A stretch of DNA of 64,000 nt from contig JBGAIM010000004.1 of assembly GCA_044225555.1 (NCBI GenBank), forward strand, positions 47,828 through 111,827, in the 5' to 3' direction. A program made the translations under genes and the position numbers. Origin of the DNA: Limisphaerales bacterium (GTDB lineage Bacteria; Verrucomicrobiota; Verrucomicrobiia; Limisphaerales; JADLHS01). This document shows, piece after piece, positions 1 to 8,772 of this stretch (within the stretch, counting starts at the first letter, position 1; each line of letters begins with the position of its first letter). Under the pieces are notes generated by a model. That model was not told where the DNA came from. It did not search any database and saw only the letters and a list, made by a program, of their open reading frames with translations.

Positions 1-165
1 CTCCGGCTGCAAATGCAGGGGGTAGTTGCGGCCTGATGGGCGCACCGGCGCTCCCGGGGTGTGCTGGGTGGTTGACCATTCAAACAAACTGGAACATCAT
101 CCCGCGTCCCATCCGCCGCCGGGCAGGGCTGGGAGGGGTCACGGCGGTTCGCACAACTTGCACCG

Positions 166-723
166 ATGCCACGTCCATTGTTCATCTTGTCTCGCGAAAA
201 AGAGCGCGCCGACATTGACCGGGTCACGTTCGACCCGGCCAAGCGGGAATTGCTGTACCAAATGATTGAGGCCGTCTGGAGCGTTCGCGAGAAAGGCCAG
301 GTAACCGAAGTGGAACTGTCCCCGATCCGTCGCGGTTTCGCGGTGCCTGAAGAAGGCGTGTGGAGCCGGGCCGGCGGGTGGCTGGCCAAGCTGGTTGATT
401 TTGCGCCGGAATTGACAGCCGTGGTGGACGAACTCGCGGCGCATCGGAACGAAGAAATCCGTTGTCGGCTCTGTGCCACTCTGACCGACCGCCATTATCC
501 CGACGCCTTCATCTGGCCGCGGCTGAAGCGGTTTCTGACGGACCGCAGTGACCTGGTGCGCGACATGGCGGTGCGCGTCTGCATCAAACGGCAAGGGACA
601 AAAATGGTGCCCGCCTTGGAGGCGGCGCTCGACGCCGAGCAGGACGAAGGTCGCCGCAACCGCCTGAAGATGGCGCTCGCGCTCATTAGGGGTGAACCCT
701 ACTGGTTGACCGAAGAAGAATGA
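166..723 (+). CDS. hypothetical alpha-helical repeat (HEAT-like) protein
   Basis: 185-aa ORF with a helix-rich, repeat-like composition. The overlapping 227-aa antisense ORF 139..822 is judged a GC shadow ORF. Confidence 0.4.
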   Translation: MPRPLFILSREKERADIDRVTFDPAKRELLYQMIEAVWSVREKGQVTEVELSPIRRGFAVPEEGVWSRAGGWLAKLVDFAPELTAVVDELAAHRNEEIRCRLCATLTDRHYPDAFIWPRLKRFLTDRSDLVRDMAVRVCIKRQGTKMVPALEAALDAEQDEGRRNRLKMALALIRGEPYWLTEEE

Positions 724-837
724 TTCGTCGACCTGCCGTGGCGCGGATTGAGCCGGGATTGCGTCGAGCTGGAAGCTTCCCTGCGCCGAAGTTTGCGTTC
801 CGTAACTTTCAATGCTTTTCATTCGTCTCTCACGCCA

Positions 838-1830
838 ATGAAACAGTTCATGCGGGCGTTCACCCTCGGAGTGCTGGTGTTGGTCGCCCCGGTGATTGGG
901 GCGGCGCCGGGGCCGGTCACTGCGACTGCCACCAATTCAACCACCAGCGCGCGATTTACCTGGCACGACGCCAAGCGTGACCGCGATGTGCCGGTGAAGA
1001 TCTATTCTCCTGCCACCGCACCGGGCCCTTTTCCAGTGATCATCTTTTCCCATGGCCTGGGCGGAACCCGGGAGAATTACGAGTACCTGGGCCGCTATTG
1101 GGCCAGCCACGGCTATGTGTCCGTGCAGGTGCAGCATCACGGCAGTGACGATGCGGTGTGGCGCGGCGCCGGCCTGGGCAACGGCATGGCGGCCATGCGG
1201 CAGGCGGTGGCGGATCCGCGCAACGCCATCAACCGTCCGCGTGATGTGAGCTTTGTGATTGATGAGTTGGAACGGTTGAACCGGGAGTCGCCATCCTTCC
1301 AGGGCCGCCTGGACCTCAATCGCCTGGGCGTGGCGGGACATTCTTTCGGCGCGTTCACCGCGCTGGCCATCGCCGGGCAAGTCTTTGCTCCCGGGGCAAA
1401 AACCGAAAGTTCGCTTGCGGACCCGCGCGTTAAAGCCGTGATCGCCATGAGCGCACCCGTGCCGGCCAACAAACAACGGCTCGATGAATCGTACGCCCAA
1501 GTGCGCATCCCTTGCCTGCACATGACCGGCACCCGGGACGCGAGCCCCATCGGCGACACACTGCCCGAGGAGCGCCGGATGCCCTTCGATCACTGCCGCA
1601 ATTCGGACCAGTATCTCATCACCTTCCAGGACGGAGACCACATGATCTTTTCCGGACGCCGACAAGCCTCAAAACAAGACCGGGCCTTTCAGGGATTGAT
1701 CTGCGAAAGTTCGACCGCCTTCTGGGACGTTTATTTGCGTGGCGATGGTCAGGCTAGGGCGTGGCTGACGAATGATTTCAAAGCCGTGCTGGGAACAAAC
1801 GGCATGTTCGAGATCAAGTTGTCGAAATAG
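838..1830 (+). CDS. secreted alpha/beta hydrolase (PAF-acetylhydrolase / dienelactone-hydrolase-like)
   Basis: ORF 748..1830 trimmed to ATG 838, which opens a signal peptide (MKQFMRAFTLGVLVLVAPVIGA). Has the FSHGLGGTRENY motif and a GHSFG nucleophile elbow. Confidence 0.75.
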   Translation: MKQFMRAFTLGVLVLVAPVIGAAPGPVTATATNSTTSARFTWHDAKRDRDVPVKIYSPATAPGPFPVIIFSHGLGGTRENYEYLGRYWASHGYVSVQVQHHGSDDAVWRGAGLGNGMAAMRQAVADPRNAINRPRDVSFVIDELERLNRESPSFQGRLDLNRLGVAGHSFGAFTALAIAGQVFAPGAKTESSLADPRVKAVIAMSAPVPANKQRLDESYAQVRIPCLHMTGTRDASPIGDTLPEERRMPFDHCRNSDQYLITFQDGDHMIFSGRRQASKQDRAFQGLICESSTAFWDVYLRGDGQARAWLTNDFKAVLGTNGMFEIKLSK

Positions 1831-1853
1831 CAAACCGTGTCTCGCCTGCCACT

Positions 1854-3242
1854 TCAACGTGCCGCCATGGTGGTTGTGATGCCGATGGCGCGTTCGAGTT
1901 TGGCCACCGCCACTGCATAATCGCGCTGCGCCAGACTTTGCGTCGTGCGCGCTTCCGTCAGTGCCGTCTCGGCATTGAGCACGTCCAGTTGCGTGCCGGT
2001 GCCGGCGTCGGCGCGGGCTTTGGCCAGCCGCAGTGATTCCTCGGCTTCTTCCTGGACCTTTTTCTGCGAATCCAACACTTCCCGCGCTTCGATGAAATCC
2101 GAATAGGAGGTGCGCACCTCCAATTCAACGTTCCGCATCGTATCGTCGAGTTCCGTGATGGACTTCTCATGGGCGGCCTTCGCCGACACCACCTTCCCTT
2201 GCGTCAGCAGGCCGTCAAAAATGTCCCAGCCAACCTGCCCTCCAATGAACCAGCCATGCTTTTCCGCACTCAGATCCGTTTCAAAGGACGACTTGCGCAC
2301 GCCATAACCGGCGAAGGCCTGCAGACTAGGCAGATAACCGGCCCGCGCGGTAACGATGTCTTCGCGCCGCAAGGCCTCGGCCTTGCGCAACGAGCCGATT
2401 TCACTCCGGTTCCCCAACGCCTGGGCAATGGCGGCGGGCAACTCGACCTGATAGGGCGCGGTATCCAGCCGGTCGGTCAGTTGGAGCGGCACCTCTTCCA
2501 GAACTTCAGGCGGCAGATTGAAACCCAGGAGATTGACCAGGCGGTTCTTCCCGATGCGATAGGCGTTGCGAACGCGGATCAACTGGGGCCGGGCGTTGGC
2601 CACGGCTACCTCCGCCCGCAATACATTGAAACGCGGCACCGTGCCGGCATCGTAACGGCGTTGTTGATCGTCCAACTCCTGCTGCAGCAACTTCACAGAA
2701 GCCTCGCGTACGGTGATTTGCTGCGCCGCCAGCAAAATGTCGTAATAGGAGATGCGGACAGCCAGCAGCGTATCTGAAACCACGGTTTGATACTGCAACA
2801 GCGCTTGTTCTTTGGTGAGTTTCGCCGTGCGCAAGGCAGAAGTCATGCGCCCGCCCTCGTACAAAGATTGCACCAGGCGAATCTGCGTGTCCCAACTTTG
2901 ATCTGTGCCCAAGGCGAAACCACCCGTCGCTACGTCAATGGAACTTTGCTGCACCGCCTGGTACTGTCCGGCAATTCTGGCTTTGGGATAGACAATCGCG
3001 CGAGTTTGCGCAACCAGGCCCACCGACGACTCCAAATCACTCTTGGCCTTGAGGATCGTGCCATTCTGTTGCAGGGCGAGATTGAGCGCATCCGCGACCG
3101 AGAGCGGACGGCTGATCCAATCGCGCACCGCATTGGTGGCCGTCCCCGCAACGGCACCGCAGTTAAACAGAAACATCATCAGACAGACGCCAACCCCCAA
3201 GCGCAGCCAACCGAACGAAGCACCGGAAAACTTGCCAATCAT
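1854..3242 (-). CDS. TolC-family outer membrane efflux protein
   Basis: ORF 1854..3272 trimmed to ATG 3242, preceded by GAAAGGAAATT (SD-like). Hydrophobic N-terminus and the duplicated coiled/OEP-type repeat pattern typical of outer membrane factor proteins. Confidence 0.8.
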   Translation of the reverse strand: MIGKFSGASFGWLRLGVGVCLMMFLFNCGAVAGTATNAVRDWISRPLSVADALNLALQQNGTILKAKSDLESSVGLVAQTRAIVYPKARIAGQYQAVQQSSIDVATGGFALGTDQSWDTQIRLVQSLYEGGRMTSALRTAKLTKEQALLQYQTVVSDTLLAVRISYYDILLAAQQITVREASVKLLQQELDDQQRRYDAGTVPRFNVLRAEVAVANARPQLIRVRNAYRIGKNRLVNLLGFNLPPEVLEEVPLQLTDRLDTAPYQVELPAAIAQALGNRSEIGSLRKAEALRREDIVTARAGYLPSLQAFAGYGVRKSSFETDLSAEKHGWFIGGQVGWDIFDGLLTQGKVVSAKAAHEKSITELDDTMRNVELEVRTSYSDFIEAREVLDSQKKVQEEAEESLRLAKARADAGTGTQLDVLNAETALTEARTTQSLAQRDYAVAVAKLERAIGITTTMAAR

Positions 3243-3398
3243 AATTTCCTTTCTCGGCCCAGTATGGGGCAAGTTACCAACAACTCAAATCTTTTGGTTA
3301 GTGCGGACCGGACGGTTGCTCCGTATTATTTCTCCGGAGTCAAAAAAATTTGCAAAGCGGGGGTGGTGCAACTACTTTCCGCGCACCAAATCCGAAAT

Positions 3399-3836
3399 AT
3401 GTTCAACCGTTTGAGCAATATGATGTCCCGCGGCGGATCGCCGAAGGCCGCGCCGATGTACCGCGAGACTCCGTCCTCCCCCGCTGGACTGGCCCGCAAT
3501 CCGAACGACCGCAAGCCCACCTATTCGAAAGTCTTTCGCTGGCGGCTGCCGGACGGCTGTGAAAAGGAACCCGCCACCGTGGAAGTGGTCGGCTCGTTCA
3601 CCCATTGGCAACGCGTCCCGTTGATGCGCGATGGCAAACTGGATTCCTGGCACGGAACCATTCACCACATCGAGGGAAATCGCACCCACCATTACATGCT
3701 GCTGGTGGATGGGCAGCCAACGAACGACAAGAATTGCGACGGTTACGCCGTGCCGCACGGACCGAGCGAGGAACAATACTCAATGCCGACCCCCCGCGGC
3801 CCGCGTTTGTTCATGCTGTTTGCGCAGACGAAGTAG
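3399..3836 (+). CDS. CBM48 / AMPK-beta glycogen-binding-like domain protein
   Basis: ATG 3399 inside ORF 2787..3836. VEVVGSFTHWQRVPLMRDG..WHGTIHHIEGNRTHHYMLLVDG resembles the AMPK1_CBM module. A possible TTGCAA-17-TACTTT promoter lies at 3350-3378. Confidence 0.55.
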   Translation: MFNRLSNMMSRGGSPKAAPMYRETPSSPAGLARNPNDRKPTYSKVFRWRLPDGCEKEPATVEVVGSFTHWQRVPLMRDGKLDSWHGTIHHIEGNRTHHYMLLVDGQPTNDKNCDGYAVPHGPSEEQYSMPTPRGPRLFMLFAQTK

Positions 3837-3860
3837 GCGAGGTCGCCCTGCGCTGCCAGT

Positions 3861-4664
3861 TCAAAGTTTCTTCAAAGTTTCCAACAAGCGTTTCCACGCC
3901 TCTTCGCGCGCCTTCTTGTCGCCGGGCCGCCCGTTCGGATCGTCGCCGCCGCGCATGAATCCGTGGCCCGCGCCGTCGTAAATCACCGGCTCGAAAGTTT
4001 TCCCCGCCTTCTTCGTCAACTCCTTGGTCTTGTCGAGCGTGGCGTTGATGCGGTTGTCATTCTCGGCGTAAAAGCCATAAACCGGCGCCGTGATGCGCGC
4101 AATTTCCGATTCCTTTTCCGGCCCCGACCCGTAAAACACAAACGCCGCCTTGAGCTTCTTGTTGTTCGCTGCATAGCGGAACGACTGCGTGCCGCCCCAG
4201 CAGAAGCCGGCCACGACCACCTTGCCGTTGCACGACGGCAGCTTCGTCACGTAATCCGCCACCGCGTCCAGGTCCTTCGTGATCTGGTCGGCGGGCAGTT
4301 TGCGGATCGCCTGACCGACTTCGACGCCGCTCTTGATCAACTCCGCCGTGCCGCCGCCGCCAGGCGCGCTGCCGCTCAGCAAATCCGGCGCGATGGCGAT
4401 GTAGCCCGCCTCGGCCAGTTCATCCGTCACGCTCCGCGCCCAATCGCTCAGGCCGAAGATTTCGTGGATGACGATGACGGCGGTGGCCTTGTCTTTCACT
4501 TCGGGGTAAGTGATGAAGCAATTCACCTCGCGGTCGCCGTGTTTGACGTTCACAAACTCCGGATGGCGCGGGGATTTTTCGAGCCGGGCCTTGGCCCAGT
4601 CTTGCGCTTGAACGGTGAAAGCCGCCAGCGCGGCGGCGACGACGAGCAACAGGGGGTTTTTCAT
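3861..4664 (-). CDS. dienelactone hydrolase family protein (secreted)
   Basis: Signal peptide MKNPLLLVVAAALAAFTVQA; VIVIHEIFGL, GFCWGG and GAGHGF motifs. Confidence 0.8.
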   Translation of the reverse strand: MKNPLLLVVAAALAAFTVQAQDWAKARLEKSPRHPEFVNVKHGDREVNCFITYPEVKDKATAVIVIHEIFGLSDWARSVTDELAEAGYIAIAPDLLSGSAPGGGGTAELIKSGVEVGQAIRKLPADQITKDLDAVADYVTKLPSCNGKVVVAGFCWGGTQSFRYAANNKKLKAAFVFYGSGPEKESEIARITAPVYGFYAENDNRINATLDKTKELTKKAGKTFEPVIYDGAGHGFMRGGDDPNGRPGDKKAREEAWKRLLETLKKL

Positions 4665-4718
4665 TTGGTTTCTTTCGTTGGGTTCAATGGCGAAAAACTC
4701 TCGGGTCTTGCTTAACGC

Positions 4719-5306
4719 TTATTGAGCAGCACCTGCTGTCTGCTTGTATGCAGCCAAATCGTAATAAATCCGAATGTAGTGCGATCCAGATCGAGGAGCG
4801 TCCGTCTGGTTCTGCGGTCTGGTTTTGAGATAGGCCAACACAGCCTCCAGTTGAGAAACAATGTCAGCGAGGCCGTGAATTTGGATTCCGGCCAGCGCAA
4901 ACTCCTCCCGCGATACGCGCGTGGTTTCATAATCGTTGGTCGCTGGGTTGTAAGGCTTCGAAAAAATGATCCCGTCAATCGCACCAAAATCCCGATACCA
5001 GTCTCCACCCTCATAAAAATTGAGCCTGATAGGCTGGCACTCGCGAACTTTCAAATCGAAACCGAAATCTTCGAGCGTGATATCTTCGTGCCGCCATGAA
5101 TCGACAATCTTGGTGTCTGGCAGAACCTCCAGGCGGGCCTTAACGCGATTGAAATGTCGGTAATAGACAAAAGGAGACGAATAAATTGCGATTAGGGCGA
5201 ACGGACTAGCAACCAAAAGGCCTACGATTACTACTGCAATAAACACACCGCGCTTCGCACTTCGCTCTTTTACGTTGCTCTCCATGCGCATCGAGGAGTC
5301 TGACAT
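4719..5306 (-). CDS. hypothetical single-pass membrane protein
   Basis: 195-aa ORF with one TM helix (VFIAVVIVGLLVASPFALIAIY). GC is somewhat lower than the neighbours. No family recognised. Confidence 0.5.
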   Translation of the reverse strand: MSDSSMRMESNVKERSAKRGVFIAVVIVGLLVASPFALIAIYSSPFVYYRHFNRVKARLEVLPDTKIVDSWRHEDITLEDFGFDLKVRECQPIRLNFYEGGDWYRDFGAIDGIIFSKPYNPATNDYETTRVSREEFALAGIQIHGLADIVSQLEAVLAYLKTRPQNQTDAPRSGSHYIRIYYDLAAYKQTAGAAQ

Positions 5307-5310
5307 TCTG

Positions 5311-5982
5311 TTACGCCTCCGGCGTCACGCCCATCACGATGTCGAACTTCGCCGCCAGTTCGTTGGCGCGGGAATTTTTCAGCGGCGCAAAATCCACCGT
5401 CACGGACGCGCGCGCTTTCGGGTCGGTGAGATTTTTCCAGATGCCGTCCTCCGGGTTCTGCGGATGGCCTTTGATGTAGCATTGCGTGGTGAGCAGTTCC
5501 TTGCCGCTGTGCTTGATCTTGAAATGCACGTGCGGCGTGCGGCCCGGATACGGCACGGGTTTGATGGTGCGGAAAACGTATTCACCAGTCGAACCCGTGA
5601 GGAACCGACCGAAGCCCTGGAAATTTGCATCGCGCTTCGCCGCATTGTCGCTGCCGCGATGGAGATAAACGCCCTTCGCGTCGCACTGCCAGATTTCCAC
5701 CAGGGCATTGCGAATCGGGTCGCCCTTGGAATCCAAAACCCGCCCGCTCAACCAAGTGACTTCGCCCACCGCGGGAGTGATGGCGTCGTTGAGTATCAGC
5801 AAGTCGTTGTCGGTGTCGAGCGGCAGGTGGTCGGGATAAAACGGCCCTTCGGTCTGTCGCGGTGTCAGCGTCAATTGTTCCGCAAAGGCCCCGGGTACGG
5901 CGAAGAGTGCCGTCGCCATTCCAAACCGGGTCAGGAAACGGCGACGATTGTCGAGCCGGCCAAAAGTCACGGTGGGTTTCAT
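5311..5982 (-). CDS. intradiol ring-cleavage dioxygenase family protein (Tat signal)
   Basis: ORF 5311..6165 trimmed to ATG 5982, giving a twin-arginine leader (NRRRFLTRFGMATALFAVPGAFA). TEGPFYP, VEIWQCD and GRTPHVHFKI motifs. Confidence 0.7.
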   Translation of the reverse strand: MKPTVTFGRLDNRRRFLTRFGMATALFAVPGAFAEQLTLTPRQTEGPFYPDHLPLDTDNDLLILNDAITPAVGEVTWLSGRVLDSKGDPIRNALVEIWQCDAKGVYLHRGSDNAAKRDANFQGFGRFLTGSTGEYVFRTIKPVPYPGRTPHVHFKIKHSGKELLTTQCYIKGHPQNPEDGIWKNLTDPKARASVTVDFAPLKNSRANELAAKFDIVMGVTPEA

Positions 5983-6107
5983 GGCCGAACTCTGCCGCAG
6001 GCCCAACGCGCTGGCCAGTAAATAATGAACCGCATTAGCTGCCGACATGCTCAGCTTACACGCGACGAAACGGAGCCAGCCTCCGCGGCAAGCCGGCCTT
6101 TTGGTCG

Positions 6108-7577
6108 CTACGGCTTTTCGTTCGTTGCCGGGGCAGGCTTCACCTCCGGTCTCTTGATCGGCCACTGGGGATCCTCCGTGCGGGCGGTTTTGAAGTACGC
6201 CTCGAACTTGCCAACGATCTCGGGATTGTCCTTCGCCACATCCCGCTTCTCTCCGAGGTCAGTCTGTAGATTGTAAAGCTCCAACGGCTGGTCAGCTTGC
6301 GGACGAACGGCTTTCCAATCACCCATGCGCGCTGCCTGCTGGAAACCGCGCTCGTGAAACTCCCAGTAAAAGAAATCGTGCCGGTTCGTCTGCGTTTGAC
6401 CAGTCAACAACGGATAGACGGAAATGCCATCAATTGCCTTGGGCGGCTTCACCATGGCGATGTCCGCCGCCGTGGGAAGGAAATCCCATTGGGCCCAGGC
6501 GAAATCACTCACCTGCCCCGGTTTAATCTGCGCGGGCCAGCGCACAATCATCGGGACTCGAATGCCCCCTTCGTAGAGATCGCGCTTGATCCCCCGCAAT
6601 GGCCCGGAGCTGTGGTGGAACTTCGGATCCACACCGCCCTCGGCATGGGGACCATTGTCGCTGGTGAAGAAAATCACCGTATTGGTCTCCATCTTGAGCT
6701 GCTTGAGTTGCTCCAACAACCGTCCGATGTCTGCGTCCATCCGCGTGATCATGGCGGCCTTGTTCCTTTCCGGCGGCGTCCATTGCTCATCCGAATATGG
6801 TGCGTCGCTGGGCACCTGCATGCCGTTCCCTGTGCGCCGGCCTGCTTCGTTGTTCGCATGTGGAATCGTGTAGGAAAGGAACAGGAAGAAAGGCCGGTAA
6901 CGGTTGAATTGATCCGGCTTGTTGATCTTGACGAAATTCAGCGCCGCCGTCGTGCACAGGTCGGGAACGTAAACACTCTGCTTCGCCCCGCCGTTCTCGG
7001 GATAGCCCATCTTGCCGTCGAAGCCACCATGCCCGGGACGCGCGGGATCATACCGCCAGACAAAGTCCGGATAATAGTTATGTGCCTCCGTGTTGCTGAG
7101 GTAACCCATGAACTCATCGAAGCCAACGCGCTGCGGCACGCCCGGCGACCCCTCCTCCGCGAGCCCCCATTTCCCGAGCAGCGCCGTCCGATAGCCCGAC
7201 TCCTGCAGCAGCCGCGCCACCGTGACCTCATCGGACGACAACGAGGTCGCCCGCGCGTTCCCGCGAATTCTCAAGTGTCCCGTGTGTTGGCCCAGCATCA
7301 ATGCCGCGCGCGCCGGTGAGCACACCGTGCTGCCCGCGTAACAACTCGTGAACCGGATACCCTCGGCGGCCAGCCGGTCCAGGTTCGGCGTCTTGATCCG
7401 ATCCTGGCCGTAACAACCGATGTCACCATAGCCGAGATCATCCGCGAGAATGAAAATGATGCTGGGCCGACGCGGCATCGGCGCCGGCGAATTGTTCGTG
7501 GATTGGGCGACGGCGGAAACGGCACAACCAACCGCGAGCAGAACGCCGGCAAAATGTTTGGGGAACGGGACAATCAT
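6108..7577 (-). CDS. arylsulfatase-A family sulfatase (Cys-type)
   Basis: Signal peptide. DDLGYGD metal-site motif and the formylglycine target motif C-S-P-A-R (STVCSPARAALMLG). Confidence 0.85.
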   Translation of the reverse strand: MIVPFPKHFAGVLLAVGCAVSAVAQSTNNSPAPMPRRPSIIFILADDLGYGDIGCYGQDRIKTPNLDRLAAEGIRFTSCYAGSTVCSPARAALMLGQHTGHLRIRGNARATSLSSDEVTVARLLQESGYRTALLGKWGLAEEGSPGVPQRVGFDEFMGYLSNTEAHNYYPDFVWRYDPARPGHGGFDGKMGYPENGGAKQSVYVPDLCTTAALNFVKINKPDQFNRYRPFFLFLSYTIPHANNEAGRRTGNGMQVPSDAPYSDEQWTPPERNKAAMITRMDADIGRLLEQLKQLKMETNTVIFFTSDNGPHAEGGVDPKFHHSSGPLRGIKRDLYEGGIRVPMIVRWPAQIKPGQVSDFAWAQWDFLPTAADIAMVKPPKAIDGISVYPLLTGQTQTNRHDFFYWEFHERGFQQAARMGDWKAVRPQADQPLELYNLQTDLGEKRDVAKDNPEIVGKFEAYFKTARTEDPQWPIKRPEVKPAPATNEKP

Positions 7578-7681
7578 GTTGGTTGCGGATTTTGGGAGAC
7601 TCGTTCGCGCGCGTCCATCGAATTAATCTGACCACCGAATTGACTTTTCATTCAAACACTTTGCCCGCAAGCTTCCGGCGA

Positions 7682-8371
7682 ATGTCTGACAGTGAAAAAC
7701 CAGTTTCGAGCAGCCCGGAGACCTCCAGTTCCAAGCCGGCACCCGGTGGCGGCAACCGACGGCGCGGTCGGCGCGGTGGGCGTGGCCGGCGCAAGTCATT
7801 TGGCCCGCGCCCGAGTGCCCCGGCGAGCGCTGCTCCGGAGCCGCGTGATCCTTCGGCGCCGGCACCGAGCGAGGAAGCGGCGCCCGCGCCCGTCGAACCG
7901 GGCGAGCCATCATCGAAACCAACCCCGGACGCGGACGCCATTCCGCTGCGCCGTCCGCCGCCCGAGCCCCGCCCCTTGCTCGAACGCGTCCAGCAGCTCA
8001 CCGAGCGTGTGGCGCGTGCCGAACCAGTGCATCGTGGTTCGGCCATCAGCCAGGCCATTGACGAAGTAATGGAGATCGTGGACGCCCTGAAGCGCGCCGT
8101 GGATCAAATGGAGGAGGTCTTGGAGTTGGTCGAGATGGCCGAACGCCAGAAGCTCGCCGACGAACGTGAAATTGACTCGCTGCGCCGCGCCTTGCGCCAA
8201 CTGCACGACCGCCCGCGCGAACCACGAGGCCACCGCGATTCGCGCGAGCCACGCGGCCCCCAGGAACCGCGTGAACCGCGGGGACCAAAGGAATTCCGAG
8301 AGCCGCGCGCGGAGACAGAATCGCCCGAACCCGAGCCGACTGAGGGCGAAGCCCCCGAGTCGCAATCCTAA
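7682..8371 (+). CDS. hypothetical intrinsically disordered protein (RGG-like N-terminus, coiled-coil core, REPRGP repeats)
   Basis: ATG 7682 within ORF 7583..8371. GGGNRRRGRRGGRGRRK tract, a central helical segment, and a C-terminal PREPRGHRDSREPRGPQEPREPRGPKEFREPR repeat. Confidence 0.5.
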   Translation: MSDSEKPVSSSPETSSSKPAPGGGNRRRGRRGGRGRRKSFGPRPSAPASAAPEPRDPSAPAPSEEAAPAPVEPGEPSSKPTPDADAIPLRRPPPEPRPLLERVQQLTERVARAEPVHRGSAISQAIDEVMEIVDALKRAVDQMEEVLELVEMAERQKLADEREIDSLRRALRQLHDRPREPRGHRDSREPRGPQEPREPRGPKEFREPRAETESPEPEPTEGEAPESQS

Positions 8372-8386
8372 TTTCGCGCACGTGAT

Positions 8387-8554
8387 TTATTGATTCGGAT
8401 TCGGCATCTGGAATTGACGCTGCTCCCGGACCTTTTGCATCTGGCCGCGAATCCCTATTACCGAGAGGATCAGTCCCACGATTAAAAAGGCCGCCACGAA
8501 CCACGGCCACACATACCGCCGTTTCCCCAACGGGAGATTCGTTGAATCACTCAT
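8387..8554 (-). CDS. small hypothetical membrane protein (55 aa)
   Basis: ATG 8554; single TM helix (VWPWFVAAFLIVGLILSVIGI). No homology recognised. Confidence 0.3.
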   Translation of the reverse strand: MSDSTNLPLGKRRYVWPWFVAAFLIVGLILSVIGIRGQMQKVREQRQFQMPNPNQ

Positions 8555-8772
8555 GCGCAGCCGCAGTATCCGCCGCCCGGTTCGGAAGCTCAATGGCAAT
8601 GTGTGTTGCCGCGCGGGAGGGGTGACGGGCAGCGGCCCTCAACTGGTGCAACGTCGCGTGCGGCGGCGCCAGGATTTCGCGCCGAGCGGCCTTGGTTCCG
8701 CCCGCTGCCGGACGGGCGGAGTTCTCGAGAACTGCCACCACTCTGGTTGACAGTTTTTCCGCGGCGCGACCC

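Noticed and set aside
139-822. Long antisense or alternative-frame ORFs throughout the track. Examples: 139..822-, 6297..7319+, 14351..15727-, 18090..19607-, 19908..21938+, 22017..23474+, 26721..27914-, 44285..45340+, 56940..59273-.
   Set aside because: Each lies entirely inside a longer ORF on the other strand or frame that has clear family motifs. Their translations are Arg/Ala/Gly/Pro-rich with no recognisable motifs, as expected for shadow ORFs in roughly 60% GC DNA.
8690-8735. The hairpin CCGCCCG-N8-CGGGCGG and the adjacent 12-bp palindrome GTTCTCGAGAAC, as a terminator of the LRR gene.
   Set aside because: There is no U-tract on the relevant (minus) strand and the stems are short. Such GC hairpins are frequent in this composition, so I do not report it as a feature.
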